A DNA stretch of 64,000 bases, taken from the NCBI GenBank assembly GCA_004431415.1, contig QPMI01000206.1:1-64000 (forward strand). Reading direction: 5' to 3'. The notes under the pieces were generated by a model. The model searched no databases. It was not told the DNA's origin and saw only the letters and a list, made by a program, of their open reading frames with translations. This document shows positions 9,683 through 19,530 of this stretch, piece after piece (the stretch's first letter is position 1; the number at the start of each line of letters is the position of its first letter). The stretch is from Cyanophora paradoxa CCMP329. Taxonomy: Eukaryota > Plantae > Glaucophyta. A program made the translations under genes and the position numbers.

Positions 9683-12273
9683 ATGAACAAAATCGAGAAA
9701 TTCGCCACCCCTGTTGAAAATGCTACATTCCTTAGTACTCTCATTGGTGATCGCAACAAGGTCACCCATGTATTTGATTCTGCCGAAGATGCCCTTGAAG
9801 CCATTGATAATAGCAAGGTTAAGACCTGGGCTGAATGCATTCAACCTGAGCAAGTGACCAGAGTTTACCTGGACCTGGATAAATTCGCTGATTTGAAGGA
9901 GAACATTGCTGATAACTATGCTGAGGCGGAAACTGTTGTAAGAGAGATGAGAGATAAGCTATGGAAGCGATCTGGTACCACTTCTATTAACGATATTGCT
10001 GTTGCAGTTCGCCATAGAAGGGTTTATTTGATTAAGGAGGATGTCACCAAGTTCAAGATTTCAGCCCACTTTATTATTAAATCGCTTGCATGCAAACATG
10101 AAGATATCCCAAGCTTTTCAAAGCGATGGGATTGGTGAAAAATGAGGATTATGACAGTGGAGTTTACAGCTCCACACAGAACCTAATCTGCCTCAATTGC
10201 TGCAAAGGTGAGACTCTGGATGCTCAAAATAAGTCGAAAAAAGATGTTGATAAAAACGTTTGCTTTAAGAAATTCGTTGACTGTGACAAAGTGTTAATGC
10301 GAAATGAGGACTTCTTTGTATCTTACTTCTCAGCTACTACTAAACTTGTGGATGAATCAAATATTTCTGCATTTGCAAATTATACTCCTGAGCCAAAACC
10401 AGTTAAAAAGGAGCCAAAAAGTGATAAAGTGAAGACTGAGAAGGTAGAAGCTGAAAAAGACACTGAACCCGAAAATCCTGTTACTTTCGAACTGCTACAA
10501 AGTGTTATAATGGGTCTGAATGGTGAGAGAGCTAATGAGTATAAAACTTGGATTGATGTAGGACTGGTCATCATCAATGTTGGGGAAGACAACAAATTTA
10601 CCCCTAAAATGCAGGCTGAACTCTTCCACCAATTCTCAGAACAGAGTGACAAGTATGATTATGATGAATGCCAGGAGAAGTTTACACAGCTTCGCAGAAG
10701 CAAGAAGAAGGCTGAGCCTGGCAAAGTGTTGACCTTCAAATCCTTGGTTTATTGGTTGAGCAAAGATAACAATGAGCTTTTCAAGGAACTCTTCCCAAAA
10801 AGTATGCATTCCTACCAGAGGACACAGATGAAATCGATTACAAGACTGCAAGTATCCCTCCTTTGGCTGAACATTACAATGTGCATAAGAGGTATTTCAA
10901 TGCTCGAATGCATCATGTTGAAAATGTTGGTTGTGTGATGCTCTGGGATGAACAACTACTTTGCTGGATGCCCAAAGATATTGGGAAGCTCTCTACAAAG
11001 CATTTCCCCATTTGATGCATAAGGTGATTGTCAATGAGGGAACAGATAATGAGAAAGAGAAATGGGAGCAATCATTTAGGAAATGGATTGTGGATCCAAC
11101 AGCCACAAGATCAACTTACATGGATTTCCTTCCCCTCCTGCTACTCTCAGTGCAAAATGCAAGTCTGTATTTAATCTCTATCCAGGAATGAAGGTCGACC
11201 ATCAGCAATTCGAAAATGCTCCAGAGGATGTAACTGCTGAGATGATTAAGCCTTTCCTTGATCACTTGTTCTTAATGTCTGGTGAGGATCAAAATACCTA
11301 TGAATATCTGTTGAAATGGTTTGCCCACATGCTGCAAAAGCCTGGGGAACTCAATGGAGTATCCTTAATCTTCATTGGTGAACAGGGAACTGGTAAGAAT
11401 GTGTTGGTTGATACTTTCCAAAAGAAGATACTTGGAGATGCCCTGAGTTATGCAACTGGTAAGCCAAAAGAGGATCTGTTTGGTCGATTTGCCCATAACA
11501 GAGAGGATAAGATCCTGATTGTTGTCAATGAAGCCTCAGGCAAGGACACATTCGAAAATAATGATATGCTCAAAGATCTCATAACTTCTGATAAGATTGT
11601 AATTGAACACAAAGGGATAGATTCATACACAAAAAGCAACTTTGCCAGGATTATATTCACCAGCAATAACAACATTCCAGTAAAAATTGAAGCTGGAGAT
11701 AGGCGATTTGTGGTTGTTGAAGTTAGTAAGAAATTCGCAAAGGATAGGTCATACTTCCTTCCACTTGTAAAATGGCTAAATGATCACTGCAATATTCGAA
11801 ACATTGCCCACTATTTGAGAACCAAAGTTGACTGTGAGGATGTGAACTGGATTGCTGATAGACCCCTTACAAATAAATACTATTTAGCCCAGCAGGTATG
11901 CGCCCCAATCATTCTTATGTTCACTAAGTGGCTTGTGGATCGAGGCTTAATTTCCGAGAATAAATGCAAGTCTGGTAGCCTTGTGGAAACCTGGAAATGG
12001 TTCCAGGAGTTTATTACCAGCAACAAATATAAAAACGATTATAATAGTCGCAGATATTATACAGAAATGCGAAGTGTTACATATATCCAAGTGAAAACTA
12101 CAAATGGCAAACAATACTATCATTTCTTGTTCCCACAAGTATTTGAGGAATTCAGAAAGATGAAGCTTGTAGATGATGAGACCATTGAGGAAGAAGCTAA
12201 TCCAAGGATGAAACAAGAACTACCTGCTGCTGATCCTGATGCATCAGATTATGACTCTGATGTTGAAGTTTAG
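9683..12273 (+). CDS. AEP primase - PriCT-2 - SF3 (D5-like) helicase fusion, split by about three frameshifts
   Basis: AEP motifs RVYLDLD, KISAHFII and DSGVYS; PriCT-2 EYKTWIDVG...FHQFSEQSDKYD; SF3 Walker A GEQGTGKN, Walker B IVVNEA, motif C FTSNN and arginine finger DRRF. Confidence 0.9.
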
Positions 12274-12283
12274 GTTTACTCAA

Positions 12284-12465
12284 AAGTGGACTCACAGTTG
12301 ACTCAAATTTATCATAAAAGACCCAAACAGTCTTTTATTTATGGTTTATTTATCGATTAGGTTGACTAAGTGGGGGGAGTTGACTCATTTTTTCACAGAT
12401 TCTAAAAGAGGACTCTGCCCTAAAAAGAAATAAAAAGTGCCTCAACTCCACCCACTAAGTCAACC
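12284..12465. promoter_or_regulatory. Iteron/hairpin module copy 1 (candidate replication origin)
   Basis: AAGTGGACTCA and GTTGACTCA motifs, then inverted arms 12360-12392 / 12432-12465 around an A-rich spacer. Starts 11 nt after the helicase stop codon. Confidence 0.6.
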
Positions 12466-12516
12466 AAAAAATGATTTAAGAGATAGAAAAATATATTTAT
12501 ATGTAACTAGTAAGAA

Positions 12517-12867
12517 ATGGCTGGAACAGATCATGATTCTGGATCGATCTATATGATTGAGAGTCAGGAAATGAACAAAGTCTACATAGGAAGAACCTCA
12601 CAGCCACTTCAAAAAAGATGGAGACAACACAAATCAGGTCAAATGCCATCTACAGCAGACCTATGCAAGGCTTCTGATGTGAAGTTCTCAGTCCTGTATT
12701 CAAGTAAGAAGGGTGGGCATGAAGACCTAATGAACAGAGAAGCATATTACATGTATCTCTTTGAACCTTGGATAGTCAATTTACAAAAACCGAAATCCCG
12801 ATTTAGGATTAATAGGTTTTTGCGATTCCATTCAGAGGAAGCCAGTGGATCCATTAAAACATTTTAA
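12517..12867 (+). CDS. GIY-YIG endonuclease
   Basis: GSIYMIE...KVYIGRT, KRWRQH, REAYY and terminal VN. Confidence 0.9.
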   Translation: MAGTDHDSGSIYMIESQEMNKVYIGRTSQPLQKRWRQHKSGQMPSTADLCKASDVKFSVLYSSKKGGHEDLMNREAYYMYLFEPWIVNLQKPKSRFRINRFLRFHSEEASGSIKTF

Positions 12868-12927
12868 ATTGCGTTTAGAACATCCTAAAATAAAATATCC
12901 CCTTAGAATAGGAACAAGTTAGGAATA

Positions 12928-15900
12928 ATGCCCCGAATTACCAACAAACTCATAAGGGAGAAGAAATGGGAACTCATGGGATTGCTGGGAACACTTTATG
13001 CAGCCCATGAAATTACAGAGGCTGAATATGACCGGGAAATAGATTTAATTGCAAAGGGCAGACCCACTTTAAGCAGATTAACCAGAAAAGCAAATAACCT
13101 ATATGATAAAATTGAAACCTTGGATGAATTGGATAGGCTTAGGCAAATAGAACCAGATGCAGAAGATGGAACAGCCATGAATGAATTATATCGCTGGCTC
13201 ACTTACAGAGCCAGAAGGGAAGTTGTTGTAGATGTGATTGAATTCCTGGATAGAATTGCTACATCCCTTCCAAATCGATTAAAGCAGGGTTTAGATCAAT
13301 TCAGGGCAATCAAGGTTCGCTTGTCTTTTATCTGCAAGTTCGTTAAAGTGAGCAATCCACAGGTTTGGATATCGAAATACATTTACAGTGATTACTTTGT
13401 ATTAACCAGGTCGAGAAATATTCGAACTGAGCTGAATAAAGCAGCCCAAATGTGTCAGGAGCAGATGAATGTGGTTGATAGCTATCGCTTAGAAAGAATT
13501 GAAATACTCAGAGTGGCTATTATGAGTTATGCTCCAACTGGTGGATGCTTTCTACAAACCCCAGAGTGGATTGCTAGGAAGAGAGCCACAGTAAATATTC
13601 GAAATATTGATGATTCCTGCTTCGAAAATGCAATTTTGGCATATATTCACAGAAAAGCGATAAACTCCCATAAGAGGAATGAGCTTTCACAATATCGCAA
13701 ATGGAAATACTCAGCAATCGCTTATAATCCGCTGGCTCTCAATTTCGATAACATCCCATTCCCTGTTGCCTGTGATGCTGATATTATTGATAAATTCGAG
13801 GCTCAAAATGCAGGCATTAGCATTAATATATTTGGAATCGATGGAGAGGTTATTTATCCCCTGCATCAATCAAGTAACCCAGGCAGAAAGCATAAGGTTA
13901 ATCTCATGCTGATATTTGATGATGAAGGGAATGGTCACTATATTACAATCATGTCCCTTTCAAGGCTATTGAAAGTAAACCATGAAACATACAATGATCA
14001 GAAGTTACACTACTGTGACACATGCTTATCTCGATTCAGGTCTGAGGCTAAACTCACTGCTCATGTGGACTCAAACAGATGCATTGATTGGAGACTCTCA
14101 AAGGGAATCACACCAAAACCTGAGACCACCATAGAGTTTGGACTGAAAAACCTCAGGAAAACTGTTTGGCTTCCTGTTGTGGTTTACTGCAAGATTGAAC
14201 ATAGAAGCATCCCCATAGATGCATCGAAATCCAAGAGGGAAGTCTCAGCAGTCAACATTAGAATAGTCACTGGGGCAGATGTTCAAGATTTTCGATTTGA
14301 GGGTCAGGATCCAATGGGAGGTCTGTTTGAATGCTTGGAATCCAAAGCAAGAGAGCTAATTGACTTCCTGTTTACCAATATTCCCATGAATGAACTCACA
14401 GATGAGCAAAAGGCTGTTTACAGGGCTACTAAACACTGTTACCTTTGCAGTGAGAGGTTCACTAAAGAAAACTTCAAATGCAGGGATCATGATCACCACA
14501 CAGGTCATTATATTGCTCCTGCATGCAGAAACTGCAATCTCCATAGGAGAATCTCAAAGCAAACCAAAGTTGCAGTTGTTGTTGACCAAATGGATGACTG
14601 TGGGACATTCATTTTCAGAAAAATAGCAGGCATGGGTGATAAAAAGCGAATCGAAATCCTTTCGAAAAACTTTGATCAATACCTGTCATTGCAATGGGGT
14701 CTTTACAAGTTCATTGATGCAAGCAATTTCATGGATTTTGGAGCTGCTGATGTAGATGAGTTAATGAACAAATTCCAGGCTTTTAGAAGGCTTTCACACT
14801 CAGTATATGGATTGGACCCAGTTCATTATGTATCTGCACCTGGGTTATCTTGGGATGCTATGCTTAGGACCACCAAGGCAAAAATAGAGCTTATAAGTGA
14901 TGTAGAGCAATACGAATTTGTTGAGAGGGGAATCAGGGGTGGCTTTGCAACAATGCCTTGTAGGTATGCTGAGGCTGATGGTGAAAACTCCCACATTATG
15001 CTGTTTGATGCTAACAACTTGTATGGCTACTGTTTGAGTCAGCCAATCCCAGTTGGTGATTTTAGATGGGAGACCGAATTCAACCCACAAGATAACAGAT
15101 CCAGTTTCCTGGAAGTTGATCTGGATTACCCAATTAGGCTATATCTAGACCACAGTGATTTCCCCCTAATTATTAACAAGAAAATAGTAGAATATGCAGA
15201 ATTATCACAATATCAAAAGAGCCTATTAGATCTCTCAGGAGAAGAGCTTGATAAAACCCCAAAGCTAACTGCAACCTTTGGTTCTGTGACCAACTATGTG
15301 ATTTCTGAGCCTCTCCTACAGTATCTGTTGGACAAAGGGGTGAAATTAAAGAAAATTCACAGGGTCCTATCATTTACTGTGGCTCCTGTAATGAAATCTT
15401 ATATTGAGCTGAACACTGAGATGAGAAGGAAAGCAGTGAATAAATTCGAGGCTGATTTCTATAAACTGATGAATAATTCAATCTATGGGAAATGCATTGA
15501 ATCATGTAGAGGTAGATCTGTGGTAAAGATTGCTAATACTGAGAAGCTATTTATGAAATATGCAGCTTCCCCATTGGTGAAATCAACAAGTCCCATAAAC
15601 GAAAAAGCAGTTGCTTTTGAGTTTTACACAAAGCATGTGAAACTAGATAAGCCTGTTGCAATTGGGGCTTATGTTTTGGATGCAGCCAAACTGCATAATT
15701 ACCAGTTCTTCTATGATACTGTAAGGTCCCAATGGACAAAAGCAAAGTTACTATTCCATGATACTGACTCCTTCTGTCTATTTATTGAATCTAAGACCTT
15801 ACAAAAAGATATAGAGAATATATCCTATGCATTAGACCTTGGAGGTGATTCCAGAATGACCCCAGGTAAATACAAAAATGAGATGCCAGGTTCTGCTATA

Positions 15901-16173
15901 TTGGAGTATGTGGGTCTCAGAGCCAAAGTTTACAGTTTCAGAACTGCTGAGATTGAGAGGAGTAAGCTCTCTGGGACTTCAACTGAGGAACTCCAATTTA
16001 ATGATTTTAAGGAGTGTTTATTTGCAGGTATCAGCAAGACTGTGACTGCAAAGCAGAAGAGAAGGGCAGATCACACAATAATAGATACTGTGAGTAGAAG
16101 GGTTGCCCTAAACTGCTTTGATGCAAAGAGATACATCTTACCAGATGGTATTAATTCTGTTCCTTTTAATTAA
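12928..16173 (+). CDS. polB: Protein-primed family B DNA polymerase with putative terminal protein, vOTU-like protease, endonuclease VII-like insert and degenerate exonuclease
   Basis: Polymerase motifs LFDANNLYG, KLMNNSIYGK, HDTDS and KVYS; NIDDSCF...GHYITI; CYLC...RDHDHHTG...ACRNCN; GLDPVHYVSAPGLSWDAML typical of Polinton/adintovirus PolB. Confidence 0.95.
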   Translation: MPRITNKLIREKKWELMGLLGTLYAAHEITEAEYDREIDLIAKGRPTLSRLTRKANNLYDKIETLDELDRLRQIEPDAEDGTAMNELYRWLTYRARREVVVDVIEFLDRIATSLPNRLKQGLDQFRAIKVRLSFICKFVKVSNPQVWISKYIYSDYFVLTRSRNIRTELNKAAQMCQEQMNVVDSYRLERIEILRVAIMSYAPTGGCFLQTPEWIARKRATVNIRNIDDSCFENAILAYIHRKAINSHKRNELSQYRKWKYSAIAYNPLALNFDNIPFPVACDADIIDKFEAQNAGISINIFGIDGEVIYPLHQSSNPGRKHKVNLMLIFDDEGNGHYITIMSLSRLLKVNHETYNDQKLHYCDTCLSRFRSEAKLTAHVDSNRCIDWRLSKGITPKPETTIEFGLKNLRKTVWLPVVVYCKIEHRSIPIDASKSKREVSAVNIRIVTGADVQDFRFEGQDPMGGLFECLESKARELIDFLFTNIPMNELTDEQKAVYRATKHCYLCSERFTKENFKCRDHDHHTGHYIAPACRNCNLHRRISKQTKVAVVVDQMDDCGTFIFRKIAGMGDKKRIEILSKNFDQYLSLQWGLYKFIDASNFMDFGAADVDELMNKFQAFRRLSHSVYGLDPVHYVSAPGLSWDAMLRTTKAKIELISDVEQYEFVERGIRGGFATMPCRYAEADGENSHIMLFDANNLYGYCLSQPIPVGDFRWETEFNPQDNRSSFLEVDLDYPIRLYLDHSDFPLIINKKIVEYAELSQYQKSLLDLSGEELDKTPKLTATFGSVTNYVISEPLLQYLLDKGVKLKKIHRVLSFTVAPVMKSYIELNTEMRRKAVNKFEADFYKLMNNSIYGKCIESCRGRSVVKIANTEKLFMKYAASPLVKSTSPINEKAVAFEFYTKHVKLDKPVAIGAYVLDAAKLHNYQFFYDTVRSQWTKAKLLFHDTDSFCLFIESKTLQKDIENISYALDLGGDSRMTPGKYKNEMPGSAILEYVGLRAKVYSFRTAEIERSKLSGTSTEELQFNDFKECLFAGISKTVTAKQKRRADHTIIDTVSRRVALNCFDAKRYILPDGINSVPFN

Positions 16174-16176
16174 GAG

Positions 16177-17562
16177 ATGCCAGCAACTGGAAGAATAGTT
16201 AGAAGAACCACTGAGCAACTGCAAGGTAACCTGTTGCCTATCACAATTCCAAAGGAGGAAAAAGGGGAATCTCGAATTGTTAAAAAGTCTGAGATGAAAG
16301 AGCTTGTCCCAGTAGAGATCCCAGTTGCTATTGCAGTGAAAGAAACCAGCAAGATTGCCAAGAGATTCTATGATGTGAGAACTGGTTACAAAGGGCTTCA
16401 AGCTATGAGGGCTGAGTTACCAGATGAATCCTATAAGCAGTTGCAAGAGTTCTATAAAAAACAAGAGGTAGTTCAGATCAATGCACCTGCTATATCTAGG
16501 AAGAGAGATCCCATGGTCCCAATTAGGCAACCCCTTGATACCTATGTGATTGATTTGCTCTTTTTCCCAGCTTATAAGAAACAAAACAATGGCTATGATA
16601 CATTTATGACTGCAATGGAATCAACACTGAGAACTGGGTATATCATACCTATAAGGGATAAATCAGCTCTCACTACATTGGCTGCATTTAAACAGCTTGA
16701 GATGAGAGTAGCAAGACCCATAGTAAAGGTTCAATCAGATGCTGGGAGTGAGTTCCAAAATCGAATATTCCAGGAATATTTATCTAGTAAATTCATAGAA
16801 CACCAAGTGAGTGGAACTGCTGACCATAGAAGCCAAGGTCGAATTGAAGCCTTTAACAAGCAGATTAAGAGACTGATCACAAACTATTGCATAGCTAATA
16901 ACACAGCTAGATTCTTTGATGTGTTAGGTGATATTGAGTATAATTACAATAATACAGTTCACTCAGCTACTAAGATGAAGCCAGGCGAAACTACAGAGGA
17001 GCATTATAGGTATATAGTGGGATTAGAAGATGAGAGATTCAAGAAATCAATAGCTTACCTTGATACCATGCAGCCTGGCATGTTTGTTAGAGTGAAAGTT
17101 GAGAAGAACCCCTTTGCTAAACAGGGTAACAATTGGTCTAGGATGGTTTACACAGTTGATAGTAGGGAAGGCTTTAAGTTTAAGCTAAGGAGTCCCAATG
17201 GTGAGATCATAGAAAACAGGTTTGCTTTCCATGAGCTGTTGCCTGTGAATGCAGTTGAATATCTAGAAACCCCTACAGTGGATGCCTTAGAGCAAGCCAA
17301 GGAGGAAGCTAGGGTTGATGCTGCTATAAGGAGAGAAGGCATAGAAGCTGCTAATGAAGTCCCAGATAAGCCTTTGATAGAGGCTAGGAAGGAGAAGGCT
17401 GGAAAAGTTAGCAGGGAACTCAAAAAGCTCACTATAGCAGGGACACAGAAACTTTCAGAAGTGAATAGCCAGAGATGGTATAATGACTTTCAGACTACTA
17501 AGGAGTCATATACAGCCCCTAAACCTCAAAGAACACTAAGAGAAAGGACCAAAACTAGCTAG
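16177..17562 (+). CDS. Retroviral-like (rve, DDE) integrase
   Basis: Catalytic triad YVIDLL / QSDAGSEF / GRIEAFNK; YNNTVHSATKMKP and FVRV...FAK...NWS motifs of Polinton integrases; no C-terminal chromodomain seen. Confidence 0.93.
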   Translation: MPATGRIVRRTTEQLQGNLLPITIPKEEKGESRIVKKSEMKELVPVEIPVAIAVKETSKIAKRFYDVRTGYKGLQAMRAELPDESYKQLQEFYKKQEVVQINAPAISRKRDPMVPIRQPLDTYVIDLLFFPAYKKQNNGYDTFMTAMESTLRTGYIIPIRDKSALTTLAAFKQLEMRVARPIVKVQSDAGSEFQNRIFQEYLSSKFIEHQVSGTADHRSQGRIEAFNKQIKRLITNYCIANNTARFFDVLGDIEYNYNNTVHSATKMKPGETTEEHYRYIVGLEDERFKKSIAYLDTMQPGMFVRVKVEKNPFAKQGNNWSRMVYTVDSREGFKFKLRSPNGEIIENRFAFHELLPVNAVEYLETPTVDALEQAKEEARVDAAIRREGIEAANEVPDKPLIEARKEKAGKVSRELKKLTIAGTQKLSEVNSQRWYNDFQTTKESYTAPKPQRTLRERTKTS

Positions 17563-17786
17563 TTTCATAGCCGAAAACTCGTTTTTTCCAAATATATGTA
17601 TGTGTGATATACATATATGCATATGATATACACATCAACGTGTAGATCTTCTCAAGCGCTTCACAATGCTATGCAGAACGCTGCAAGTTGACTATCTGGT
17701 GATGAGATACAAGCGTTTGAAGATGCCGACAATCGAAAAACCGAAACTTCGGCGAAACTTCGGCGAAATGTTTTATTCTTTATGGA

Positions 17787-17888
17787 AATCGATTTCATGT
17801 AATCGATTTCATGTAATCGATTTCATGCAATCGATTTCATGTACGTAATCGATTTCATGTAATCGATATCATGTAATCGATTTCATTT
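17787..17888. repeat. Seven copies of the 14-bp unit AATCGATTTCATGT
   Basis: Read directly; one 4-nt ACGT insertion. Confidence 0.95.
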
Positions 17889-17889
17889 A

Positions 17890-18420
17890 GCACGAATTAT
17901 CTTTTAATTAGTGGTTTCAGGCACGAATTATCTTTTAATCAGTGGTTTCAAGCACGAATTATCTATCAATTAGTGATTTCAAGCACGAATTATCTTTCAA
18001 TTAGTGATTTCAAGCACGAATTATCTTTTAATTAGTGGTTTTAGGCACGAATTATCTTTTAATCAGTGGTTTCAAGCACGAATTATCTCTTAATAAGTGA
18101 TTTCAAGCACGAATTATCTTTCAATTAGTGATTTCAAGCACGAATTATCTCTTAATTAGTGATTTCAAGCACGAATTATCTTTCAATTAGTGATTTCAAG
18201 CACGAATTATCTTTCAATTAGTGATTTCAAGCACGAATTATCTTTCAATAAGTATTTCAAGCACGAATTATCTTTTAATAAGTGATTTCAAGCACGAATT
18301 ATCTTTTAATTAGTGATTTCAAGCACGAATTATTTTTTAATAAGTGATTTCAAGCACGAATTATGTGGTTTAAAGCACGAATTATGTGGTTTAAAGCACG
18401 AATTATGTGGTTTCAAGCAC
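17890..18420. repeat. Tandem array: 15 x ~31-bp GCACGAATTATCTTTCAATTAGTGATTTCAA, then 3 x 21-bp units
   Basis: GCACGAA recurs every 31 nt (one 30-nt step) from 17890 to 18354, then every 21 nt. Confidence 0.95.
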
Positions 18421-18743
18421 ACCAATCAGATTGCGCCAAACATATATACATAAACAATATGACAATTAACACATCGCCGTGATCGTCATAATCTCCCGAG
18501 TCCGCCCGTGTGTCATATATATCATATACATATGCAACGTCATGATGACGTCATATCGAAAACTCCCATACAAAACACTAAAAAGCATGTATCTCTTCAC
18601 CAACTCATCATCTCACAAAGATAAAAACAGATTCGGAATCCTCTCAACGAGACCAGCGTGACTATGTAAGTATCATAGGCTCAATAATTCATATGTTTCT
18701 AAGCATCTGCCCTAGATTCCCCTATTATATTATATTTATATTT

Positions 18744-19180
18744 AAGTGGACTCAAGGTTGACTCATATTAATCGTAAAAGTAGTAAAAGTATATGGATTT
18801 TGTTACGAATTCAATGGAGGGTTGACTAAGTGGGTTGAGTTGACTCAAATTTCACAGGAAATATTTGGGACCTAAAGTTTTCTAAAAAGGATTTGAAAAA
18901 ATGTGTCAACTCCCCCCACTTAGTCAACCCTGACCATAAACAGTAAGGATTTGAGCTAACATGTATCACAAAGTGAACATTTTGAGTCCACTTAGAAGAT
19001 CCACTTTTGAAATCCAAGTTGATTTTGCTTGAAATTTCAAAGTTGATCTAAAAGTGAGTCCACCCTGATTGATTATGGTAACAAAGTGGACTAAGTTGAC
19101 TAAGTTGAGTCATCTTAAGAAATTCAAAGAGACTAAGAGTTCAAAATGTTTATGAAAAGTGAGTCAACTTAGACCACTTA
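18744..19180. promoter_or_regulatory. Iteron/hairpin module copy 2 plus a third smaller hairpin (candidate origin in the terminal region)
   Basis: Same motifs as 12284-12465 at an offset of 6460 nt. Inverted arms 18819-18852/18897-18930, outer arms 18744-18755/18982-18993, third pair 19084-19101/19162-19179. Confidence 0.6.
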
Positions 19181-19230
19181 TGATAACAAAGTTAAATATT
19201 TATTTGATTTAATCGGAAAAGAACATGATT

Positions 19231-19456
19231 TAATCGAATTTATTGATATAATTCCGATTAGATTCATTTAGGATTCAATTAAGATCAATCGAAGTTATTG
19301 ATATAATTCCGATTAACTACAATTAAGATACAATATCGATTAATCGAGTTTATCGATATAACATCGATTAAATTAATTGAAAATGCATTTACAAATATGA
19401 AAATTCATGTGAAAATTCAAATAAATTAATCGATTTTATTGATATAACATCGAATC
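19231..19456. repeat. Four 30-bp dyad-symmetric subterminal repeats, consensus TAATCG-N18-CGATTA
   Basis: Copies at 19231, 19286, 19341 and 19427, with a conserved core TTAT(T/C)GATATAA. Confidence 0.85.
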
Positions 19457-19530
19457 ACACATATGAATATTCATATTTTAATCCTGAGGCGGAACGCCGA
19501 GGGATTAAAATATGAATATTCATATGTGTG
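19456..19530. repeat. Terminal hairpin: perfect 29-bp inverted repeat with a 17-nt structured loop
   Basis: CACACATATGAATATTCATATTTTAATCC (19456-19484) and its exact reverse complement (19502-19530); the loop contains GGCG-GAA-CGCC. Confidence 0.95.

Noticed and set aside
1-17562. Adenain-type maturation protease gene
   Set aside because: No ORF with a recognisable His-Asp/Glu-Cys adenain signature in the window. It may lie in the unseen left part, so absence is not claimed.
17890-18420. CRISPR array
   Set aside because: Units are contiguous near-identical repeats with no unique spacers, and there are no cas genes.
17666-19017. Short ORFs in the viral terminal region
   Set aside because: About 60 aa, overlapping repeats or structured DNA, with no motifs.
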